From NCBI GenBank assembly GCA_030527365.1, contig JAUNAX010000001.1:1-60895 (forward strand): a stretch of DNA of 60,895 nt, written 5' to 3'. This DNA comes from Eubacteriales bacterium. GTDB lineage: Bacteria > Bacillota > Clostridia > Lachnospirales > Lachnospiraceae. The position numbers and the translations under genes are program-made. Below, piece by piece: positions 32,665 through 43,008 of this stretch; the stretch's first letter is position 1; every line of letters starts with the position of its first letter. The notes below the pieces were generated by a model. The model was not told the DNA's origin and did not search any database. It saw only the letters and a program-made list of their open reading frames with translations.

Positions 32665-33168
32665 ATGTTTAGATGTTTTTTTCCAGATGAATACAGGGAT
32701 TCCGCTTATGAAATTGATTATGACAGATTGTATCAGGAAGGATACAGGGGACTTTTATTTGATATAGACAATACCCTTGTACCCCACGGAGCCCCGGCAG
32801 ACGACAGGGCAAAGGCTCTTTTTGCCCATTTAAAGGAGCTTGGCTTTCACTGTTGCTTTTTGTCAAACAATCAGATAGAGAGGGTGTCCTCTTTTAATGA
32901 GGCAGTGGGAGAGAAATTTATTGAGAATGCCCATAAGCCTTCTGTGAAAAATTATATAAAGGCAATGGAAATGCTGGGAACAGACAGAAGCAATACTATT
33001 TTTATAGGAGACCAGCTTTTTACGGACGTGTACGGAGCAAAAAGGGCAGGAATCCGAAATATTCTTGTAAAGCCGATTCATCCAAAGGAAGAAATCCAGA
33101 TTGTTCTGAAACGTTATCTTGAAAAAATTGTACTGTACTTTTACAGGAAAGAGGAGGGAAATTCATGA
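32665..33168 (+). CDS. yqeG: YqeG-family HAD IIIA phosphatase
   Basis: FDIDNTLV, LSNN, KP, IGDQLFTDV. Confidence 0.9.
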   Translation: MFRCFFPDEYRDSAYEIDYDRLYQEGYRGLLFDIDNTLVPHGAPADDRAKALFAHLKELGFHCCFLSNNQIERVSSFNEAVGEKFIENAHKPSVKNYIKAMEMLGTDRSNTIFIGDQLFTDVYGAKRAGIRNILVKPIHPKEEIQIVLKRYLEKIVLYFYRKEEGNS

Positions 33169-33683
33169 ACCACATTGTCATAATTGGTTTTATGGGTTCA
33201 GGTAAGACAAGAGTAGGAAAAAGACTGGCAAAAGACCTGAATCTGCCGTTTATTGATGTGGACAGAATCATTACGAAAAAGTTTAATATGTCTGTCAAAG
33301 AGGTTTTTGAAAGATTTGGAGAACCGTTTTACAGAGCGCTGGAGACACTTGCCATAAAAAATCTGATTGAAGACAAGGAGAGAAAGGTTATTTCTCTTGG
33401 AGCAGGACTTCCAGCTCAGGAGCAGAATCAGAAATATTTAAAAGAGCTTGGGACGGTCATCTATCTGAAAGGTTCCTATACAGTTCTTAAGAAACGTCTT
33501 GAGGGCAGCAACAATCCTCTTATTGAAGGAAGCGACCAGGAAGATAAGATTAAGAAGCTTTTAAAGCAGCGCGATCCGGTGTATGCCCGCTTTGCAGACA
33601 TTCAGGTGGAGACTGGTGTGAAGCCTTTTGAGGGGCTTATTGAAGAAATTGAAGAAAAATTAGCGGCATATACAAAAAAATAG
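33165..33683 (+). CDS. aroK: Shikimate kinase
   Basis: IGFMGSGKT, GEPFYRALE, RDPVY. Confidence 0.88.
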   Translation: MNHIVIIGFMGSGKTRVGKRLAKDLNLPFIDVDRIITKKFNMSVKEVFERFGEPFYRALETLAIKNLIEDKERKVISLGAGLPAQEQNQKYLKELGTVIYLKGSYTVLKKRLEGSNNPLIEGSDQEDKIKKLLKQRDPVYARFADIQVETGVKPFEGLIEEIEEKLAAYTKK

Positions 33684-33712
33684 TTGAAAAATCTTCCCGG
33701 GTATTATAGAAT
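33684..33712 (+). promoter_or_regulatory. sigmaA promoter of efp
   Basis: TTGAAA-17bp-TAGAAT. Confidence 0.65.
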
Positions 33713-33751
33713 AACTCATAGTGAAGTGTACAATAAGGAGGAAATATAATT

Positions 33752-34309
33752 ATGATTTCAGCAGGTGATTTCAAAAACGGTATCACACTCGAAATTGACG
33801 GAAATGTATGTCAGATTGTTGAATTCCAGCATGTAAAACCTGGAAAGGGAGCTGCATTTGTCAGAACAAAATATAAAAACATCATCACAGGATCAGTTCT
33901 GGAGAAATCCTTCCGTCCTACAGAGAAATTCCCGCAGGCACGTATCGAGCGTGTAGACATGAGCTATCTGTACAATGATGGAGAGTTATACAACTTCATG
34001 AATACAGAAACTTACGATCAGGTTGCTCTTACAAAAGATCAGGTTGGAGATTCTCTGAAATTTGTAAAAGAGAACGAGGTTGTAAAAATCTGTTCTCACA
34101 ACGGAAACGTATTTGCGATTGAGCCGCCTCTGTTCGTAGAGCTTGAGGTAGTTGAGACAGAGCCAGGATTTGCAGGAAATACTGCACAGGGCGCAACAAA
34201 ACCGGCTATTGTTGAGACAGGAGCACAGGTTCAGGTTCCGTTATTTGTAAATCAGGGTGACAAACTGAAAATTGATACAAGAACAGGCGAATATCTTTCC
34301 CGTGTATAA
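33752..34309 (+). CDS. efp: Elongation factor P
   Basis: [30 protein letters not shown]. Confidence 0.99.
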   Translation: MISAGDFKNGITLEIDGNVCQIVEFQHVKPGKGAAFVRTKYKNIITGSVLEKSFRPTEKFPQARIERVDMSYLYNDGELYNFMNTETYDQVALTKDQVGDSLKFVKENEVVKICSHNGNVFAIEPPLFVELEVVETEPGFAGNTAQGATKPAIVETGAQVQVPLFVNQGDKLKIDTRTGEYLSRV

Positions 34310-34321
34310 TGGGGATCAGAG

Positions 34322-34355
34322 CTGTCATCGGCATTGCGCCGGTGGCAGTTTTTTT
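34322..34355 (+). terminator. Intrinsic terminator after efp
   Basis: CTGTCATCGGC...GCCGGTGGCAG plus T tract. Confidence 0.8.
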
Positions 34356-34369
34356 ATTGGAGGAATATT

Positions 34370-35377
34370 ATGGAGTACAGGGTATTAGGAAAAACGGGGC
34401 TTAAAATTTCCCGTATGGGATTTGGCGGAATTCCAATCCAGAAAATTGATGCAGAAGGCACAAAAAAATTAATGGCGCGTCTTGTAGAAGAGGGTGTGAA
34501 TTATATTGATACAGCAAGAGGCTATACAGTCAGTGAAGAATATCTGGGCTATGCACTTGAGGGAATCCGCGATAAATTTGTTCTCGCAACGAAGAGCATG
34601 GCGCGTACAAAAGATGCTATGTCTGCAGATATAGAAAAAAGCCTTCAGAATTTAAGAACGGATTATATTGATTTATACCAGGTTCACAATCCGAGTATGG
34701 AACAGCTGGATCAGGTAATTGGAGAAGGCGGCGCGCTGGAGGCGCTTATGGAGGCGAAAGAAGCCGGAAAAATTGGACACATCGGTCTGACTGCACATTC
34801 CACGGCAGTATTTGAGCGTGCTCTTTCTCTTGACTGGGTGGAAACCATTATGTTTCCATATAACATTGTGGAAAGCCAGGGAGAAGATTTGATTTCCAAA
34901 TGCAAAGAAAAAAATATCGGATTTATTGATATGAAGCCCCTTGCAGGAGGCGCAATTGAAAATGCAGGGCTTGCCCTTCGCTATGTATGTGCAAATCCCA
35001 ATGTGACAGTGGTAATTCCGGGAATGGCAGAGGAGCGGGAACTGGAAGAAAACTTACGAGCCTGCTGTGACGTTTCTCCGTTAAGCAGCGAAGAAATGGA
35101 GGAAATGCACGCAATAAGAAAGGCGCTTGGAACAAATTTCTGTCGCCGCTGCAATTACTGTGCGCCATGTACAGTTGGTATTAATATCCCAAGCGTATTT
35201 CTTTTTGCCGGCTACCTGGAAAGATACGATTTGGGAGACTGGGCAAGAGAGAGGTACTCTACTCTTTCTGTGAAAGCTTCCGCCTGCGTAAAATGTGGAG
35301 AGTGTGAGACAAGATGTCCTTACCATCTTCCCATTCGGAAAATGCTTGAAAACGCAGCTTCAAAATTTGGTGAATAA
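34370..35377 (+). CDS. Aldo/keto reductase with C-terminal 4Fe-4S dicluster
   Basis: YRVLGKTG, IDTARGY, LRTDYIDLYQVH; CRRCNYCAPC and CVKCGECETRCP. Confidence 0.9.
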   Translation: MEYRVLGKTGLKISRMGFGGIPIQKIDAEGTKKLMARLVEEGVNYIDTARGYTVSEEYLGYALEGIRDKFVLATKSMARTKDAMSADIEKSLQNLRTDYIDLYQVHNPSMEQLDQVIGEGGALEALMEAKEAGKIGHIGLTAHSTAVFERALSLDWVETIMFPYNIVESQGEDLISKCKEKNIGFIDMKPLAGGAIENAGLALRYVCANPNVTVVIPGMAEERELEENLRACCDVSPLSSEEMEEMHAIRKALGTNFCRRCNYCAPCTVGINIPSVFLFAGYLERYDLGDWARERYSTLSVKASACVKCGECETRCPYHLPIRKMLENAASKFGE

Positions 35378-35406
35378 ATATCTGTAAAATAGGTGAAAAC
35401 GGATTT

Positions 35407-35455
35407 AATCCGGTATATCAGGCAGAGGATGTCTGATATACCGGATTTTTCTTTT
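35407..35455 (+). terminator. Intrinsic terminator
   Basis: AATCCGGTATATCAGGCA...TGTCTGATATACCGGATT plus T tract. Confidence 0.85.
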
Positions 35456-35472
35456 AAAATGTTAAAATAAAA

Positions 35473-35503
35473 TGAAACCATTTTGGAATCTGCAGTGTCT
35501 AAT
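35473..35503 (+). promoter_or_regulatory. ECF-sigma (SigW/SigV-type) autoregulatory promoter
   Basis: TGAAAC-17bp-TGTCTAAT upstream of the ECF sigma gene. Confidence 0.65.
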
Positions 35504-35558
35504 AGTTAGAAGCGCAGATAAAAAAGCTTTAGACCGGTCGAAAAGAAGGGAGTACCCT

Positions 35559-36128
35559 ATGACAGAGTTATTAATACGAAAGGCAAAAAAGGGCGATAAA
35601 GACGCGTTCTGCCGTCTGATGGATCTTCAGATGCAGAGTATGTATAAGGTTGCCAGAGCCTATTTGAAAAATGATGAAGATGCTGCAGATGCAATACAGG
35701 AAACGATTTTATCCTGCTTCCAGAAAATAGGAACGCTGGAACAAAACCGTTATTTTAAAACGTGGCTGATTCGGATCCTGATAAATAAATGTAAAGATAT
35801 GCTTCAGACGAAAAGTCTTATGCTGTATACAGACAGTCTGCCGGAAACGCCGGTGTATGAAGAAAATTTTGAGATGGTGGAGTGGAATCATGTACTTGCA
35901 CCGCTGGATGAAAAGTACAGAACTGTTCTTCTTCTATATTATATGGAAGGGTTTAACACAAGAGAAATTGGGGAAATCCTCAACATGAAAGAAGGAACAG
36001 TAAAAACAAGGCTTGCAAGAGGCAGACAAAAGATTGCAGAACAGTATCAGTACAAGGTAAAGGATTCTTATGCAGAGCCTGCTTTTGTAAAAGCAGTGGC
36101 AGATGCAGGAAGCAGGAGGCAGAAATGA
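35559..36128 (+). CDS. ECF RNA polymerase sigma factor (SigV-like)
   Basis: DAADAIQET, FKTWLIRILIN, GTVKTRLARGR; ATG 35559 after AAGGGAG. Confidence 0.92.
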   Translation: MTELLIRKAKKGDKDAFCRLMDLQMQSMYKVARAYLKNDEDAADAIQETILSCFQKIGTLEQNRYFKTWLIRILINKCKDMLQTKSLMLYTDSLPETPVYEENFEMVEWNHVLAPLDEKYRTVLLLYYMEGFNTREIGEILNMKEGTVKTRLARGRQKIAEQYQYKVKDSYAEPAFVKAVADAGSRRQK

Positions 36129-37657
36129 GATTAGACGACAGGGAAAAAGAAATCCGAAGAGAATTAAAAAAAGAAGTGGAAATTCCGGAGGTTGTAAAAA
36201 ATAAAGCACAGGAGGCATATGGCATGATTAAAAACAATGAAATCAACCAGGAGAAAAAAGAGAAAAATCCATATAGATGGATGTCCATAGCAGCAAAAGC
36301 AGCAGGAAGTACGGCAGCAGTTCTTGCAGTAGGTTTTGTAGTATGTGCTGCAAATCCTGTTATGGCAAGAGAGCTTCCGGTTGTAGGAGGAATTTTTGCA
36401 GAACTGCAGGATAAAGTAAGCTTTTTCGGCAATTTTGCAGATAAAGCAGAGACGCTGGCAGAGCCGGAGACAAAAGAAAAGGTATTAGAAGTCAGTGAAA
36501 CAGTAGATGCGAAAGAACCGGGAAAAGCAGAAGGGGTTTATACAAAGACAAGTGATGGTCTGACAATCCGTTTTTCAGAGGTATACGCAGACAGTCAGTC
36601 AATTTATCTCACAATGGAAGCAAAAAGCGAAGAACCATTCCCAGGTACAATGATGTCTCAGGATGAAAATGGGGAGATGCCTGCATTATCTATAGATTAT
36701 ACAAGAGATTATGACTTTTTAAAAGAACTGCCTGAGGGATATGAATATCCGCAAATGTTAAAAGAAGTGAATTCTGCACAGCTGGAAGGCAAATATCTGG
36801 ACGAAAATACATATGTCTGCATTCTCCGTATTGACCTTAAAAACGATATGATAGACGATTCTCAGTATATGAAAAAGTATGACGAGATGGTTCAGGGGGT
36901 GCTGGACGAAATGGGAGTTTCTATGGACAACTTAAATGATGAGACAGACGAAGGATATGCGCTTCTTACAGAATTTAGCGAAAAGGTAAGTTCCCGTGCA
37001 GGAAGTCTGGAAAGTGAAAGAAAAGAGATTCCTGTTCCAGATAGCTTTACCCTTCACTTAAATATTGAAAAATTCATTGGAGAGAAGGCAGAGCCGGAAT
37101 ACTGGGACAGCGGATATACAGGAGAAGAGCTTGCGGCTATGCCAGAAGAAGAGTGGCGGGAAGTGATGTCAAAGGAACCTCAGGAATATCATGAATATCC
37201 AAATGAGCACATGAATTTCTGGTATGAAGGAGACTGGGAGTTTGATATTCCTGTTACCATTGATGACAGTGAGACAGAAGTTATGGAAATTAATGAGACA
37301 AATGAAAACGGAATCGGACTGAAATCGGTGACAAAGACACCATATGAACTTTCCGTGGAAACTCTTTATGAGGAAGGCTCCAACTCGGACTGCTTCATGG
37401 TAGCTCTTGACGCAAATGGAAACAAGCTTCCATACATTACTTCTGATGGAAGAACAGACCGTTTTGCCATTCAGGACAGAGATATTTCCACAATCGATGT
37501 TTACATTCTGGATTATGTGCAGTATATGGACGAACTGAAAGGACCGGAACGGTACAATAATAATGAAAATAAACCGGAGGAAGAGAAGTGGAGTACCCTT
37601 CTTGCGGCAAATGCGAAATATCATAAGACCATACAGTTTGGAGATACAGAAAAATAG
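36125..37657 (+). CDS. Membrane-anchored anti-sigma factor (DUF4179-like)
   Basis: Overlaps sigma stop (ATGA); TM helix followed by NPVMARELPVVGGIF; large acidic extracellular domain. Confidence 0.75.
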   Translation: MRLDDREKEIRRELKKEVEIPEVVKNKAQEAYGMIKNNEINQEKKEKNPYRWMSIAAKAAGSTAAVLAVGFVVCAANPVMARELPVVGGIFAELQDKVSFFGNFADKAETLAEPETKEKVLEVSETVDAKEPGKAEGVYTKTSDGLTIRFSEVYADSQSIYLTMEAKSEEPFPGTMMSQDENGEMPALSIDYTRDYDFLKELPEGYEYPQMLKEVNSAQLEGKYLDENTYVCILRIDLKNDMIDDSQYMKKYDEMVQGVLDEMGVSMDNLNDETDEGYALLTEFSEKVSSRAGSLESERKEIPVPDSFTLHLNIEKFIGEKAEPEYWDSGYTGEELAAMPEEEWREVMSKEPQEYHEYPNEHMNFWYEGDWEFDIPVTIDDSETEVMEINETNENGIGLKSVTKTPYELSVETLYEEGSNSDCFMVALDANGNKLPYITSDGRTDRFAIQDRDISTIDVYILDYVQYMDELKGPERYNNNENKPEEEKWSTLLAANAKYHKTIQFGDTEK

Positions 37658-37664
37658 AGGAAAT

Positions 37665-37696
37665 AAAAAAAGACGCTGAAAACAGCGTCTTTTTTT
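37665..37696. terminator. Bidirectional terminator anti-sigma/tRNA
   Basis: AAAAAAAGACGCTG-AAAA-CAGCGTCTTTTTTT. Confidence 0.9.
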
Positions 37697-37702
37697 ATGG
37701 AA

Positions 37703-37775
37703 AGCTGAAAATGGGACTCGAACCCACGACCCCTTCATTACGAGTGAAGTGCTCTACCAACTGAGCTATTTCAGC
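37703..37775 (-). tRNA. tRNA-Thr(CGT)
   Basis: Reverse complement GCTGAAATAGCTCAGTTGGTAGAGCACTTCACTCGTAATGAAGGGGTCGTGGGTTCGAGTCCCATTTTCAGCT; anticodon loop CTCGTAA; CCA not encoded. Confidence 0.97.
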
Positions 37776-37795
37776 CTGTGTCAGACACAAATAAT

Positions 37796-37823
37796 ATTAT
37801 ATCTTATTTTGGAAAAAATGCAA
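37796..37823 (-). promoter_or_regulatory. sigmaA promoter of tRNA-Thr
   Basis: TTGCAT-16bp-TATAAT on minus strand. Confidence 0.65.
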
Positions 37824-37838
37824 GCAAAAAAATAATAT

Positions 37839-37866
37839 TTGCAAAATCACTCTTTTATGCTATTAT
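37839..37866 (+). promoter_or_regulatory. sigmaA promoter of the amidohydrolase-pot operon
   Basis: TTGCAA-16bp-TATTAT with extended TG. Confidence 0.6.
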
Positions 37867-37915
37867 AAAGCAAGATACTTGACTAAAATACCCGGAATAA
37901 TTCCCGGAGGAAAAA

Positions 37916-39220
37916 ATGGACAAAATTGAAGAAAAAATCATAAAAATAATAGAAGAGCACAGAGAAAAAATCAAAGCCTTTGCCAGTGATATAGAGGCAC
38001 ATCCGGAGCCGGGATTCTGTGAAAAAAGGACAGCCGCACAGGTGGCAAAGGCATTTCGGGGACTTGGGCTTCATGCGAAAGAGAAGCTTGCAGTGACTGG
38101 TGTCTGCGGTTCCCTTTCAAGAAAAGAGGGGGCAGAAGTCACCATTTTGGGTGAAATGGACGCCATCGGCTGCAGGAATCATCAAAAAGCAGATAAAGAC
38201 AACGGAACGGCACATGCCTGCGGACATCATGCCCAGCTTGCTGCGATGCTGGGAGCAGCCATTGCTCTTTCTGATGAGGAAGTAAGAGATTCTCTTCACG
38301 GAAACGTTTCCTTTTTTGCAGTTCCGGCAGAAGAATATATAGACAGCAAAAAACGAAAGCAGCTTCAAAAAGAAGGGGTAGGTTTTCCTGCTTCCGGAAA
38401 AAGCGAACTCATTCGCACAGGGGAGTTTGACAATACAGATATTGTGCTTACCACACATGTACATATGGTTCCTGTAAAAGAAGATTTTTATCTTGGAAAT
38501 CCCGCCTGTAACGGGTTTGCAGCAGAACAGGTTACAGTCCGGGGGAAAGCGGCTCATGCTGCGATCGCGCCCTGGGATGGAGTGAATGCTTTAAGCATTA
38601 CCACAAGCGCCATTTCCATGATGGGGCTTATGAGGGAAAACTTTCGTGAGGAAGATCATGTGCGTCTCCATAATGTGATTCGAAAAGCAGGAGATGTAAT
38701 TAACAGTGTGCCTGATGAAGCTGTGGTAGAGACGAAGGTGCGCGCTGCCTCTCTTGAGAAAATCCGGGAAATTCAGGAAATGGTAAACAGGGCATATGAT
38801 GGCGCTGCCTACGCGTTTGGAGGAAAGGCAGAGAAAGAGCTTTTACAGGGATATATGCCAGTACGGTACAGGGAGGCTGATACGGTAATGATGGAGGCGG
38901 CAAAAAGCCTGGGTCATTCTTTTCGAACTGTACGGAGAGAGGATTTTAATAACGCCTGTACAGATGTGGGAGATATGAGTCATCTCTTCCCTGTTTTGAA
39001 TTTTACCTTTGGGGGATTTGAGGGAGCGCTTCACAGCCAGGATTTTCGTATTACAGATACGGATCTTGCCTATATAGAATCAGGAAAGCTTTTGGCGCTT
39101 ACTGTATACCGTCTTTTAAGAAACAAGGGAGAAGAAGCGGAAAAAATCATAAAAGAGTATGCGCCTGTTTTTGACAGAGAAAGCTACTGTGCATATATAA
39201 AGGAACATTATCACATATAA
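37916..39220 (+). CDS. M20-family amidohydrolase
   Basis: [30 protein letters not shown]. Confidence 0.9.
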   Translation: MDKIEEKIIKIIEEHREKIKAFASDIEAHPEPGFCEKRTAAQVAKAFRGLGLHAKEKLAVTGVCGSLSRKEGAEVTILGEMDAIGCRNHQKADKDNGTAHACGHHAQLAAMLGAAIALSDEEVRDSLHGNVSFFAVPAEEYIDSKKRKQLQKEGVGFPASGKSELIRTGEFDNTDIVLTTHVHMVPVKEDFYLGNPACNGFAAEQVTVRGKAAHAAIAPWDGVNALSITTSAISMMGLMRENFREEDHVRLHNVIRKAGDVINSVPDEAVVETKVRAASLEKIREIQEMVNRAYDGAAYAFGGKAEKELLQGYMPVRYREADTVMMEAAKSLGHSFRTVRREDFNNACTDVGDMSHLFPVLNFTFGGFEGALHSQDFRITDTDLAYIESGKLLALTVYRLLRNKGEEAEKIIKEYAPVFDRESYCAYIKEHYHI

Positions 39221-39231
39221 AGGAGGCAGAA

Positions 39232-40320
39232 ATGGGCGACTATTCATTGGAATTAAAAAATATAAAGAAAAGTTTTACAGGGGAAGAAAGTGTGCTTCAG
39301 GGAATCAGCCTTTCTATTTCAGGAGGAGAGTTTATTACCCTTCTTGGTTCTTCCGGCTGCGGAAAGACAACTACTCTCCGCATTATTGCAGGACTGGAAT
39401 CTCCAGATGAGGGACAGGTTTTCCTTGACGGGAAAGATGTGACGGCTCTTGAGCCGAATGACAGGGATGTGAATACGGTTTTTCAGAATTACGCTCTGTT
39501 TCCTCATATGAATGTGGAAGAAAATGTAGGATACGGACTGAAGCTGAAAAAGGTTTCCAAAGGAGAAATTAAGAAAAAGGTTTCTCATATGCTGGAACTT
39601 GTACAGCTTTCCGGGTATGAAAAACGTAAACCGTCTGAGCTTTCCGGAGGACAGAGACAGAGAGTTGCCATTGCAAGAGCTCTTGTAAATAATCCAAAGG
39701 TGCTTCTCCTGGACGAGCCGCTGGGAGCCCTTGATCTTCAGCTTCGCCGTGCCATGCAGCATGAGCTGAAACGACTTCAGAAAAAACTGGGGATTACCTT
39801 TGTGTATATTACCCACGACCAGGAGGAGGCAATTAATATGTCGGACCGCATTGCTGTTATGAATGCGGGAAGATTTGAACAGATCGGAACTCCTGATGAA
39901 ATTTATAATCACCCGAAAACAAGTTATGTGGCAACCTTTGTGGGCAATGCAAATATTTTAAAGGGAAAAGTGGAAAGCCAGACAGGAGATCAGGCGCTTC
40001 TTTCCCTGGGAGGGGGAAAAGTCCTTGTTCATACAGAGGGAGAAAAACTTTCGAAAGGAGAGGAGGTCACCCTTGCTGTGAGAAGCGAAAATATTCTTCT
40101 TGACGAAGAATGTGGCTGTGGCATGGAAGCAGAAGTAGAAGAAAAAACATTTGCAGGAGGTCAGCTCCGTATGGTGCTTTCTCTTCCGGGCGGAGAAAAA
40201 GTAGTGGCGAGCAGATATGGAATTGACGCGAATGTAAAAGTAGGACAGAAGGTGTGCTGGAGATTTGAATCTTCAGACGCGGTTCTTGTAGACCGGGAGG
40301 AGGGGATCCATGAAAAGTAA
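39232..40320 (+). CDS. potA: Spermidine/putrescine ABC transporter ATPase
   Basis: [33 protein letters not shown] domain. Confidence 0.88.
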   Translation: MGDYSLELKNIKKSFTGEESVLQGISLSISGGEFITLLGSSGCGKTTTLRIIAGLESPDEGQVFLDGKDVTALEPNDRDVNTVFQNYALFPHMNVEENVGYGLKLKKVSKGEIKKKVSHMLELVQLSGYEKRKPSELSGGQRQRVAIARALVNNPKVLLLDEPLGALDLQLRRAMQHELKRLQKKLGITFVYITHDQEEAINMSDRIAVMNAGRFEQIGTPDEIYNHPKTSYVATFVGNANILKGKVESQTGDQALLSLGGGKVLVHTEGEKLSKGEEVTLAVRSENILLDEECGCGMEAEVEEKTFAGGQLRMVLSLPGGEKVVASRYGIDANVKVGQKVCWRFESSDAVLVDREEGIHEK

Positions 40321-41161
40321 AGCAGGGAAAAAACGGACTTCTGTTTTTATGATACTGCCTCTGTACCTGTTTACCATTGTATTTGTTGCCTGTCCTCTTA
40401 TTTATGTGCTGATATTAAGCTTTACGCCACAGGAGGGCGGCTTTGCTTTTACGCTGGAAAACTACAGAAGGATTTTAGAGCCGGTGTATCTTGACACTTT
40501 TGTGCAGTCTTTTCAGCTTGCTATAACAAGTACGTTGATTATCTGTGTGGTCGGTTATCCATTCGGCTATTTCATGGCAAGGCTTCCAAAAGAGAAGAAA
40601 GAAAAGGCAATGCTGTTTCTTATGCTGCCTTTCTGGGTCAATTCTCTGATTCGTCTTTACGGGTGGATCATCATTCTTCAGAAAAAGGGAATCCTGAATT
40701 ATATTCTGGAAAAACTGGGAATCATAGATGAGCCTTTGAAAATCTTGTACAGTTATCCTGCTATTGTGATCGGCATGGTGTATGTGCTCCTTCCATTTAT
40801 GGCAATGTCTGTATATTCCAGTGCGGAAAAGCTGGACTGGTCTCTTGTGGAAGCCGCCCGCGATCTTGGAGCATCAAAAACCCAGGCATTTTTTCATATT
40901 ATATTAAAGCTTACGTTCCCGGGATTGCTGTCCGGAATTATTTTAACATTTATTCCTTCTATGGGACTGTTTTTCATTGCAGACATTCTGGGAGGAAATA
41001 AGATTGTTCTTGTGGGAAGCCTGATTCAGGAACAGATGACAAGGGGAAATAACTGGCCGTTTGCGGCAGCTCTTGCTGTGATTCTTATGCTTCTTACAAC
41101 TGCCATGATCATGGCATACCGAAAGATTACAAATGCAAAGGAACTGGAGGGAATCGGATGA
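40310..41161 (+). CDS. potB: Polyamine ABC transporter permease
   Basis: [28 protein letters not shown]. Confidence 0.85.
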   Translation: MKSKAGKKRTSVFMILPLYLFTIVFVACPLIYVLILSFTPQEGGFAFTLENYRRILEPVYLDTFVQSFQLAITSTLIICVVGYPFGYFMARLPKEKKEKAMLFLMLPFWVNSLIRLYGWIIILQKKGILNYILEKLGIIDEPLKILYSYPAIVIGMVYVLLPFMAMSVYSSAEKLDWSLVEAARDLGASKTQAFFHIILKLTFPGLLSGIILTFIPSMGLFFIADILGGNKIVLVGSLIQEQMTRGNNWPFAAALAVILMLLTTAMIMAYRKITNAKELEGIG

Positions 41162-41946
41162 AAAAAAATTCAAAATTTTCAGGCTTTTACCTGGGGCTTA
41201 TCTTTTTTCTCATGTATCTGCCGGTTGCAGTTGTAGTGATTTTTTCTTTTAACGAATCAAAGCTTCCTGTAGCATTTACCGGTTTTTCCCTGAAATGGTA
41301 TGAGGAGCTGTTTCGGGACAGCGCCATGATGGAGGCGCTTGGAAACAGTCTGATCCTGGGAGTTTTAAGCTGTTTTTGTGCAGCCGTGATCGGAACCCTT
41401 GGAGCAGTGGGGCTTTTTAAAATTAACTGGAAAACAAAAGGGACTCTGGAATATGTATCAATCCTTCCGCTTATGATTCCGGAAATCATTCTGGGAATGG
41501 TGCTTATGGCATTTTTCTATATGCTGGGGCTTCCTTTTGGAATGCTCACTCTTTTAATCGGACATACGGTATTCTGTGTTCCTTATATATTAATGCAGGT
41601 AAAAGCTCGTCTTGTGGGAATGGACCCGTCTCTTGAGGAGGCTGCCCGTGACCTGGGAGCAAGTCCCTTCCGGGCATTTTGGGATATTACCCTTCCGCTT
41701 GTAATGCCGGCTGTGGTATCCGGTTCTTTACTTGCCTTTGCCATGTCAATGGACGATGTGGTAATCAGTATTTTTGTCAATGGTCCGCGTATTTCTACTC
41801 TGCCCATCAAGGTGTACACACAGATGAAAACAGGAGTAACACCTGAAATCAATGCGCTCTGTACGTTGATGCTGGCAGTGACCCTTCTTGTGCTTTTTAT
41901 ATATGCTATGATAAAAAAACATGGAAAAAGGAGAATAAAAAAATGA
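41158..41946 (+). CDS. potC: Polyamine ABC transporter permease
   Basis: FSFNES, GFSLKWY, SMDDVVIS, GVTPEINA. Confidence 0.85.
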   Translation: MKKNSKFSGFYLGLIFFLMYLPVAVVVIFSFNESKLPVAFTGFSLKWYEELFRDSAMMEALGNSLILGVLSCFCAAVIGTLGAVGLFKINWKTKGTLEYVSILPLMIPEIILGMVLMAFFYMLGLPFGMLTLLIGHTVFCVPYILMQVKARLVGMDPSLEEAARDLGASPFRAFWDITLPLVMPAVVSGSLLAFAMSMDDVVISIFVNGPRISTLPIKVYTQMKTGVTPEINALCTLMLAVTLLVLFIYAMIKKHGKRRIKK

Positions 41947-42977
41947 AGATGAAGAAAATAGCAGCAGTTTTAACAACAACGGCTCTTGGCGTATCTCTTC
42001 TGGCAGGCTGCGGAGGAAAGAAAGCAGAGGAGCTTGTGCTTTTTACCTGGGAAGGAATGTTCCCCCAGGAAATTTTAGATGGATTTGAAAAAGAAACAGG
42101 AATTAAAGTCGTGTACTCTAATTTTGATACAGATGAAACTATGCTGGAGAAGCTTTCCCAGGCAAAAGGCGGAGATTACGATGTGGTGATCGCAGATGAT
42201 TATATCATTGAAAAGGCGGTGGAACAGCAGCTTGTAAAGAAGCTGGACAAAGAGAAAATCAAAAACTTTGACAACATCAATCCTTTATATCAGGGACAGT
42301 TTTATGATAAAAACAATGAGTATACCGTTCCCTATGGTTCCGGAATCCCTCTTATTGTATACGACCCCTCCCAGGTTGATATAGAAATTAAAGGGTACAG
42401 CGATCTGTGGGATCCGTCCCTTGAGGACAGCATTGCGCTTGTGGCAAATTACCGTGTGATCTGCGGAATCACACAGCTTTCTATGGGAGAGAGCATGAAC
42501 GAGGAAGACCCGGAAGTAATCGCGAAAACAGGAGAGAGATTAAAAGAGCTTGCTCCGAATGTCCGTATGATTCAGGACGACAATACACAGAATGCTCTTT
42601 TAAATGGAGAGGCAAGTGTTGGATTCCTTTACACATCCCAGGTAACGGCAGCCCTCGCAGAAAATCCGGATTTAAAAGTAGTTTATCCGGAGGAAGGTCT
42701 TGGATTCGGAATTATGAATATGTTTATTCCCAGCAATGCACCGTCTGAGGATGCAGCATATAAATTTATTGATTACATTCTGGAACCGGAAAATGCGGCA
42801 GAGTGCTTCAATCATATTGGATATTACAGCACAAATAAGGCAGCAGATGAGCTGGTAAATCCCAACCTTGTTGTTCCGGAAAATGTAACAAAGGGCGAAA
42901 TTGTACAGAATGTAAGTCAGGAGGCAGAAGACGCGTACAGCAAGGCGTGGACAGAATTTAAAGCAGCCTGCGATTAA
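41943..42977 (+). CDS. potD: Polyamine ABC transporter substrate-binding lipoprotein
   Basis: Lipobox LAGC, FEKETGIKV, YPEEG. Confidence 0.8.
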   Translation: MKMKKIAAVLTTTALGVSLLAGCGGKKAEELVLFTWEGMFPQEILDGFEKETGIKVVYSNFDTDETMLEKLSQAKGGDYDVVIADDYIIEKAVEQQLVKKLDKEKIKNFDNINPLYQGQFYDKNNEYTVPYGSGIPLIVYDPSQVDIEIKGYSDLWDPSLEDSIALVANYRVICGITQLSMGESMNEEDPEVIAKTGERLKELAPNVRMIQDDNTQNALLNGEASVGFLYTSQVTAALAENPDLKVVYPEEGLGFGIMNMFIPSNAPSEDAAYKFIDYILEPENAAECFNHIGYYSTNKAADELVNPNLVVPENVTKGEIVQNVSQEAEDAYSKAWTEFKAACD

Positions 42978-43008
42978 GGAATATAGGAGAAGGTACAGGG
43001 GAGAACAA

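Noticed and set aside
35407-37775. ECF/anti-sigma pair at the tRNA-Thr 3' end as a possible integrated island
   Set aside because: No integrase, and I found no duplicated tRNA 3' end (att site).
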